From Elusimicrobia bacterium GWA2_66_18 (GTDB taxonomy: Bacteria > Elusimicrobiota > Elusimicrobia > UBA1565 > UBA9628), in contig MGTX01000001.1 of assembly GCA_001799675.1 (NCBI GenBank), positions 1,602-65,601 of the forward strand: 64,000 nt of DNA, in the 5' to 3' direction. Shown here piece after piece: positions 58,010-64,000 of this stretch; the stretch's first letter is position 1, and each line of letters opens with the position of its first letter. Below the pieces are notes generated by a model. The model saw only the letters and a program-made list of their open reading frames with translations. It did no database searches and was not told where the DNA came from. The position numbers and the translations under genes were made by a program.

Positions 58010-58318
58010 ATGGATATCAAGATCGAGACGACCGTCGAGGCCAAGCTCGGCACTTTGGAGTGGAAGAGGCAGCCGGATGCGAACATCCTGCTGCGCGATG
58101 CGGGCGCGTCCGCCCCCTGCGCGACCAAGTGCGCGGCCAAGACCTGCACCACGGTCTGCCCGGCCAAGGTCTACGAGTGGGAGGGCGCCCACGGCAAGAT
58201 CGTCGTCAACTACGAGAACTGCATCGAATGCGGCGCCTGCCGCATGCTTTGCCCCTTCGACAACATCAACTGCGAGTGGCCCGGCGGCGGCATGGGCGTC
58301 AAGTACAAGTACGGCTGA
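58010..58318 (+). CDS. fixX: FixX-like ferredoxin
   Basis: CPAKVY, CIECGACRMLC, WPGGGMGVKYKYG. Confidence 0.88.
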   Translation: MDIKIETTVEAKLGTLEWKRQPDANILLRDAGASAPCATKCAAKTCTTVCPAKVYEWEGAHGKIVVNYENCIECGACRMLCPFDNINCEWPGGGMGVKYKYG

Positions 58319-58336
58319 GCGCCGGCTCGAGCCCGC

Positions 58337-58549
58337 TCAGCGCTTGGGTTGGTGAGGGTGGCGCCCGTGGTTGTCGTGATGCCCGTGGTCGCCGTGCTTG
58401 GAAGATTTTTTAGCCTTATGGCACGCGTAGTGGTGGCGGCAGAGCAGATAGACGACCGTGCACGCGGCCGCGATGACGCCGGCCAGCATGACCAGCGCCA
58501 GCAAGGAGTTGATGTCCTTTAATTCACGAGGCATCAGCGCGATGTTCAT
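58337..58549 (-). CDS. Small membrane protein with His-rich C-terminus
   Basis: One TM then HGDHGHHDNHGRHPH; ATGA overlap with the ABC ATPase stop. Confidence 0.65.
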   Translation of the reverse strand: MNIALMPRELKDINSLLALVMLAGVIAAACTVVYLLCRHHYACHKAKKSSKHGDHGHHDNHGRHPHQPKR

Positions 58550-59880
58550 TTCAGGTCCCTCACGGTGAGCAGACCCGAGTTCTCGTCATAGTCGAACAGC
58601 TTGCCGTAGCGCGCCCAGCGCACGAGGGTCTTGAAGACCTTCTCCGAGTTCTCGTGCGGCACCCGCAGGGCGATGGTCTCGAGCACGTCCGCGCGGTCGA
58701 CGGCGCGGTTCTCTCGACGCAAGGCGTAGTCGTGGACCTCGCGGAAGAGGCGCAAATCGAGCAGGGCCAAGCGCCAAACGGCCTTGCGCTCGGCGGGGGA
58801 GGCCTTCACGAACGCTCGGCCGCGCTCGGTCATGACCACGGTTTGCTTGGGCGTGTCCACGAAGGCCAGCAGTTCGGCGGCCTTGACCACGGTGATGACC
58901 TTGCCGAATTCCTGGTCGGTCTCGGCCGCGACGCGGAAAATATTGTCCTGGCCTCCGCGGGCGTCGAGATACTCGAGCAGGCCCGTGATCTCCGAGGTGG
59001 AGGCGTTCGGGAGGGGTTCGGCGTTGAGGGCGCGCACCGGGACCGTCTGGGCGGCAGGCGCCTCGGGCGTCGTAGTGGCCGGGACGGCCTCGTCCGGCAT
59101 CTCGGCGCCGGTGATGATCTCGTGAAGCCGGTCGACCAGGGCGAGGAAATCAGGGGCGCGGTAGTCGCGCGGGCGAGGGAGCTTGTTCTCCACGATGGTG
59201 CGAATCTTGCCGGGGTTGGCCGCCAGCACGACGATGCGGTCGGCCATGTAGACGACTTCCTTGATGTCGTGGCTGACCATGACGATGGAGGAGGGGTTGC
59301 GGTCGCGCGCGGCCCAGATGTCGAGGACCTCGGCGCGCAGGGACTCGGCGGTCAGGGCGTCGACCTGGCTGAAGGGCTCGTCGAGGAAGAGCATCTCGGG
59401 GTTGATGGAGAGCGCCCGCGCGATGCCGACGCGTTGCTTCATTCCGCCGGAGAGCTCGCGCGGGTAGGCGCCCTCGAAGCCGGCCAGACCGACGGTCTTG
59501 ATGGTGGCTTCAGCGCGCTTGGCCACTTCCTCCGGGGACAGGCCCAACGAGCGCAGGACCACGGAGACGTTCTCGCTGACCGTCATCCAGGGAAACAGGG
59601 CGAAGCTCTGGAAAACGATGCCGACTCCCGGGTTGAGACCCGTGAGGGGCCGGCCGTGGTAGAACACTTCGCCGCGCACGGGAGGCGTGAGCCCCGCCAG
59701 GGCGCGCAGGAGAGTGGATTTTCCGCAGCCGGAGGGACCGAGGAGCGCGATCACCTCGGCTGGACGCACCGCCAGGCTCACGTCCTGGAGCACGGTCAGG
59801 GGTTGGCCGTTGGGCTGGGGAAAAACCTGCCAGACCCCGCGGGCCTCGCAGAGGGTGGGCGTCGTGATGAGGGTCTCCAT
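58546..59880 (-). CDS. NitT/TauT-family ABC transporter ATP-binding protein with C-terminal extension
   Basis: GPSGCGKS, LSGGMKQR, LDEPF, SHD. Confidence 0.92.
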   Translation of the reverse strand: METLITTPTLCEARGVWQVFPQPNGQPLTVLQDVSLAVRPAEVIALLGPSGCGKSTLLRALAGLTPPVRGEVFYHGRPLTGLNPGVGIVFQSFALFPWMTVSENVSVVLRSLGLSPEEVAKRAEATIKTVGLAGFEGAYPRELSGGMKQRVGIARALSINPEMLFLDEPFSQVDALTAESLRAEVLDIWAARDRNPSSIVMVSHDIKEVVYMADRIVVLAANPGKIRTIVENKLPRPRDYRAPDFLALVDRLHEIITGAEMPDEAVPATTTPEAPAAQTVPVRALNAEPLPNASTSEITGLLEYLDARGGQDNIFRVAAETDQEFGKVITVVKAAELLAFVDTPKQTVVMTERGRAFVKASPAERKAVWRLALLDLRLFREVHDYALRRENRAVDRADVLETIALRVPHENSEKVFKTLVRWARYGKLFDYDENSGLLTVRDLK

Positions 59881-59890
59881 GTCTCTCCTT

Positions 59891-61609
59891 TCAGCGGTTC
59901 AGCGAGAATCGGCGCTCGGCGAGCGCGTAGAGGCGGCGCCAGACCGCGCGGTTGAACAGGACGACGAGCGCGGACATCGTCACGACGCTCGCCGCCAGGG
60001 TGGGAAAGTCGGCCTTCTCGGCGGCGAGGCTGATCTGCGCGCCCAGTCCGTGGGCGGCCATGACCTCGCCTTTGAATGTGACATATTCGGCCACGATGCT
60101 GGCGTTCCAGGCTCCGCCTGCGGCCGTCACCCAGCCCGTCACCAGATAAGTGAAGACGGCGGGGCCGTACACGCCGCGCAAGCGCTCCCAACGGGTCAGT
60201 CGGTACGCTTTCGCGGCTTCCAGGAGGTCGGCGGGGATGGCCATGGCCCCGGCGATGACGTTGAAGAGGATGTACCACTGCGTGCCGAGGAGCATGAGAA
60301 GCACGCTGCCCCAGCCAAGGCCCACGCCCAGCGCGCGCAGGGCCGCGATGACCGCCGGGAAGAGCATGGGCGCCGGGAAGGAGGCCACGACCTGTACCAC
60401 CGGCTGGAACACCCGCGATAGGCGCGGCGACAGACCGATGGCCAGGCCCGCGGGGAGGGCCCAAAGCGTTCCCAGCATGGTCGAGAGGAGCACGCGGCCG
60501 AGAGTCCAGCCGGCCGAGCCGAGTATCGCTCTCCAGTGCAGGGCCGGGACCATGCGCAGGATCGCGCAGATCCTCCACACGCCCGCGCCCAGCAGCGCGA
60601 TCAGCAATAAGAAAAGCAGGCGCGAGACCCAGGCGGCCTTGCCCTCGCAGGCGGACGAGGATGAGGCGTCCGGCCGAGAGACGGGGTCCTTCGGGATGAG
60701 CCGCCGCAGGAACCGGAAGACGAGGGGCAGGAGTCCCGAGCGGCGCAGCAGGGAGAGAAACCAGGAGGTCGGCGTCTCGCGCGCGCCCGAGTCCTCGGCG
60801 CGGAACTTCTGCGCCCAGACCACCACCGGGCGCCAGAGGAGTTGGTCGAGGGCGACGATCATCAGGCTCATGGCCGCCGCGGCGAAGGCCATGGCGCGCA
60901 CGTCGCCCTTCGCGGTCGCGGCGGCCATGTAGGAGCCCAGCCCCGGCAGGCGGTAGTCCTTGTCGCCCAAGACGAAGCTCTCGCTGATCATCAGGAAAAA
61001 CCAGCCTCCCGCCATGCTCATCATGCTGTTCCAGATGAGGCTCATGGAGGAGTAAGGAAGCTCCAGGCGCAGGAAGCGGCGCTTCCAGTCGAAGCGGTAG
61101 ACTGTCGCGACCTCGACCAAATCGGGCGGCAGGGCCTTGAGGGACTGATAGAAGCTGAAGGTCATGTTCCAGGCCTGGCCGGTGAAGATCATCAGGACCG
61201 CGGCCAGTTCCAGGCCCATGTTGCTCGACGGAAACAGCATCACCAGGGCGAGGACCAAGCCGGGCATGAAGCCCAGGACCGGCACGCTCTGGAGGATATC
61301 GAGCAGGGGCACCAGGATTTTCTCGGCCAGGGCGTCCTTGGCCGCCCAATAGCCGTAGACCAGAGTGAACAGGAGCGAGAAGCAGTAGGCGATGATGCCG
61401 CGTGAGAGGGAGAAGAACGCGTACTTCGGCAAGGCCCAAGGCGAGAGTTGTATGTCCACGCTTGGTCTCAATTTGTGGGTCCATTCGCCGCCGAGCGAGA
61501 GGATTGCAAAGACGAGCCCGACGACGGAGCCCAGCAGCACGAGGTCCACGGCCGCGGCCATCGGGGCGCGGCGCCAACGCAGGAGCACTCGATAGAGGGA
61601 CGAAGTCAT
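59891..61609 (-). CDS. NitT/TauT-family ABC permease (duplicated membrane domain)
   Basis: LDILQSVPVLGF, QAWNM.FSFYQS, WNSMMSMAGGWF, GGAWNASIVAE. Confidence 0.9.
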   Translation of the reverse strand: MTSSLYRVLLRWRRAPMAAAVDLVLLGSVVGLVFAILSLGGEWTHKLRPSVDIQLSPWALPKYAFFSLSRGIIAYCFSLLFTLVYGYWAAKDALAEKILVPLLDILQSVPVLGFMPGLVLALVMLFPSSNMGLELAAVLMIFTGQAWNMTFSFYQSLKALPPDLVEVATVYRFDWKRRFLRLELPYSSMSLIWNSMMSMAGGWFFLMISESFVLGDKDYRLPGLGSYMAAATAKGDVRAMAFAAAAMSLMIVALDQLLWRPVVVWAQKFRAEDSGARETPTSWFLSLLRRSGLLPLVFRFLRRLIPKDPVSRPDASSSSACEGKAAWVSRLLFLLLIALLGAGVWRICAILRMVPALHWRAILGSAGWTLGRVLLSTMLGTLWALPAGLAIGLSPRLSRVFQPVVQVVASFPAPMLFPAVIAALRALGVGLGWGSVLLMLLGTQWYILFNVIAGAMAIPADLLEAAKAYRLTRWERLRGVYGPAVFTYLVTGWVTAAGGAWNASIVAEYVTFKGEVMAAHGLGAQISLAAEKADFPTLAASVVTMSALVVLFNRAVWRRLYALAERRFSLNR

Positions 61610-61610
61610 C

Positions 61611-62912
61611 TCAGAAGGAGTAGTTGATGTCCATGAAGACGGCGAGGCCTTCGCGGCCGACGCCGAAGTCGACGGATCCGACGACCTGGGGCTTGGCCAC
61701 GGCGCGCATGGCGGCGCCGACGACGGGGCGGACGTACTTCGCCGCGGCGCGTCCGGGGTTGTCGAAGGCCGTGCCCGCGCCGACGAAGGGGGCGAGTTGG
61801 AATTGGGTCGTGACCCCCGCCATCCGGCTTTCGAATAGATTGAAACGCTGCTCCATATTGACCGTTGCCACGCCTCGGTCGATGTAGCGCCCCTCGCCGT
61901 AGGCGCGCAGGTTGTATTTGCCGCCGAGCTTGGGCATGATCCAGAAGGGAGGCGTCGGGCCGAGGAGCTGCTCGTAGCGGGCTTGGACCGCGAAGACTCT
62001 GCCGTCGCCGGAGGACCAGGGCTTGTACCAGCGGGCGTCCAGGCCGTAGCGGCTGTAGTCGTAGGCGCTGGCGAAGCCGTGGAAGGCGCGCTCGGCGTAG
62101 ATCTGCGCGTAGGCGCCGCGGCTGGTGGTCACGCCGTGGTCGCGGGCGTCGTAGTCGAGACTGAGACGGTGTTCGTTGGTCTGCTGGCGGCCGCGCGCGA
62201 GCTGGGCCGGGTAGGCGGCGGTGAAGAGAGGCAGGTTCGGCAGGGGGCCGTCCAGGATACGGTCGGACTGGAGGTGCTCGGTCAGTCTTAATCGCCAGGC
62301 CGAGCCCTGGAGCAAGGGCATCCCGACGCCGGCTTTGTATTGGAAGTACTCTTCTTTGTAGTTGGCTTCGCCTTTCTTGGGCGCGTCGGGACCAAAGCCG
62401 TAGAAGCGTTGGCCCGCGTCCACATTGTACTGCAGGCGCGCGTAGACGTCGTAGTCGCTGCCGAGGATGCTGCCGTCTTCGTATTGGCCCAGGACCTCGC
62501 GCTCGTACTTGGACCAGGAGCCGCGCAGGGTGAGGCTGGCGTCTTCCTGAGGGTAATAATAATAGCGGTAGGTCGGAATGATGCTGAAGTTGTCGTTGTA
62601 GGTCAGCGAGGGGGCGTGGATCTGCTCGATGCGGTCGTCCTTTGCGCCTTGGATCACCCAAATGGGCATGACTCCCGCCGTGATGCCGCGGTTGGGGTCG
62701 GTGTCGATGATGGGAAGACGGATGAACATGCCGCGCCGCAGGGGCCGGATCATCCAGCGCACGATCCAGGGGGTCGCATCCTCCGCGGGGGCCTGCCGGA
62801 CTTCCTCGGGGAAGGCGCGGGAAGGCACGCTCTCCAAGTCCTTGGGCTCGTCGGCGCGGGCCGCCCCGCATGCGGCCGCTAAGAGGAAAGCGAGGACTGT
62901 TCGACGCAGCAT
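61611..62912 (-). CDS. Omp85/BamA-TamA family barrel protein without obvious POTRA domains
   Basis: Signal peptide, beta-strands, LGGKYNLRAY (L6-like), C-terminal aromatic INYSF. Confidence 0.78.
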   Translation of the reverse strand: MLRRTVLAFLLAAACGAARADEPKDLESVPSRAFPEEVRQAPAEDATPWIVRWMIRPLRRGMFIRLPIIDTDPNRGITAGVMPIWVIQGAKDDRIEQIHAPSLTYNDNFSIIPTYRYYYYPQEDASLTLRGSWSKYEREVLGQYEDGSILGSDYDVYARLQYNVDAGQRFYGFGPDAPKKGEANYKEEYFQYKAGVGMPLLQGSAWRLRLTEHLQSDRILDGPLPNLPLFTAAYPAQLARGRQQTNEHRLSLDYDARDHGVTTSRGAYAQIYAERAFHGFASAYDYSRYGLDARWYKPWSSGDGRVFAVQARYEQLLGPTPPFWIMPKLGGKYNLRAYGEGRYIDRGVATVNMEQRFNLFESRMAGVTTQFQLAPFVGAGTAFDNPGRAAAKYVRPVVGAAMRAVAKPQVVGSVDFGVGREGLAVFMDINYSF

Positions 62913-62936
62913 CGCGTCGAGTCTACCATTCCTTCC

Positions 62937-63962
62937 TCAGACGGGCAAACGGGCCAGGCTCCAGCGCGCCTGCTCGGAGAGAATCTTGTCGGGGTCGTCG
63001 GCGAAGAGCTCCAGAAGGGGGCGAAAGCGCGGCAGACCGGCGTTGCCCATCGCCAAGAGGACGTTGCGCAGGAGGCCTCTGCGCTTGGCCCGCGAGACGG
63101 GAAGATCACGGAAACGGCGGCGAAAAGATTCGGCGTCGAGTCCGGCCAGATACTCAAGAGGCATGACGAGAGGCTCGCTAGGCTCGGGCAGGCATCGACC
63201 GCGTTTTTCGAAGCGGTTCCAGGGGCAGACTTCCTGGCAGACGTCGCAGCCGAAGATCCGGTTGCCCACGCCGGGGCGCAGGGCTTCGGGAACGGGGCCG
63301 CGGTTCTCGATGGTGAGATAGGCGATGCACTTGGAGGCGTCGAGCACCCGCTCGCGCGCGAAGGCGTCCGTCGGACACGCGTCGAGACAGAGGCGGCAGG
63401 AGCCGCAATGGTCCGGCGCCGAGGAGTCGGCGGGAAGCTCGCGGTCCAGGGCCAGCCCCGCGATGAGGAAGTAGGTGCCCAGTCTCGGGGCGATGAGCAT
63501 AGCGCTCTTGCCCTGCCAACCCAGGCCCGCGGACAGGGCGTAGGAACGTTCCAGGAGCGGGCTGGTGTCGCAGAAGGGCAGGCCGTCGGTTTGGGGGACG
63601 ACGGTACGGACCCAGTCGAGAAGAGACGCCATCTTGGCCTTCAATAGAGGATGATAATCCTCGCGCGCCGCGTAGCGCGCCAAGACTCCCTCTCCGGGGG
63701 CCGCCGCGCCGCGTTCGTCCGCCCCACCGTAGGAGAAGCCGCACATCAGCACCGAGCGCGCGGAAGGCAGCCACGCGCGGATGTCGCGGCGGCAGGCCTC
63801 GTTGCGGGCCATGTAGTCCATGGTCGCGTTCATTCCCGCCGAGACCCACTCATCGTAGGCCTCGGAGCCGGCGGCCGGCGCGGCCGCGGCGATGCCCGCC
63901 AGGTCGGCTCCGTCTTCGAGGGCGCGGCTCTTGAGGGCGGCGGCGAGTTCGGCGGGGCTCAG
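62937..63962 (-). CDS. queG: Epoxyqueuosine reductase; start uncertain
   Basis: YAAREDYH, DTSPLLER, GLGWQGK, CGSCRLCLDACPT, CIAYLTIE, GCDVCQEVCPWN. Confidence 0.92.
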   Translation of the reverse strand: MSPAELAAALKSRALEDGADLAGIAAAAPAAGSEAYDEWVSAGMNATMDYMARNEACRRDIRAWLPSARSVLMCGFSYGGADERGAAAPGEGVLARYAAREDYHPLLKAKMASLLDWVRTVVPQTDGLPFCDTSPLLERSYALSAGLGWQGKSAMLIAPRLGTYFLIAGLALDRELPADSSAPDHCGSCRLCLDACPTDAFARERVLDASKCIAYLTIENRGPVPEALRPGVGNRIFGCDVCQEVCPWNRFEKRGRCLPEPSEPLVMPLEYLAGLDAESFRRRFRDLPVSRAKRRGLLRNVLLAMGNAGLPRFRPLLELFADDPDKILSEQARWSLARLPV

Positions 63963-64000
63963 GCGGTGCGCACGACTTTCAGGATCTTGAAGGAGCGGGG
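63959..64000 (-). CDS. 3' end of an upstream gene cut by window edge (...PRSFKILKVVRTA*)
   Basis: GC3-rich codons ending in TGA that overlaps the probable queG start. Confidence 0.45.
   Translation of the reverse strand, partial: PRSFKILKVVRTA

Overview
High-GC bacterial chromosomal window, possibly Elusimicrobiota. That assignment is an inference from a diderm gene set with PorV/PorQ-TPR proteins and many TPR-TM-Ser/Thr kinases; there is no rRNA or marker tree here. The left end is an integration hotspot: the 3' part of a large serine recombinase reads into the antisense of tRNA-Asp, followed by a decayed paralogous recombinase, a tRNA 3' remnant, tRNA-Val and an IS1380-family element. Most of the rest is housekeeping or signalling: SulP, a histidine kinase, bioY, a CHASE2 kinase/PP2C/FHA cluster, korAB-sucCD, iscS-mnmA, PBP1A, alr, hemC, mfd, PPIases, pdxA, tmRNA, two GGDEF proteins, sppA, nnrE, tilS, fixCX, an Omp85 barrel with an ABC transporter, and queG. 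The standout is a cluster at about 18.9-27.9 kb, led by a c-di-GMP-I riboswitch. It encodes a PorV-like barrel-TPR protein, a natural FliF(ring)-TM-FliG(M/C)-TPR fusion, a long coiled-coil protein, FlbD, MotA, MotB and a lipoprotein. No export, rod, hook, filament or FliM/N genes are in the window, and the canonical torque charges and FliM-binding motif are altered, so this is a candidate repurposed, non-flagellar ion-driven rotary machine. Also notable: a pervasive leaderless-mRNA promoter architecture, a 'gutted' TPR pseudokinase, and a perfect 33-bp palindrome inserted in a gene end. All calls come from reading the sequence; no searches were run.
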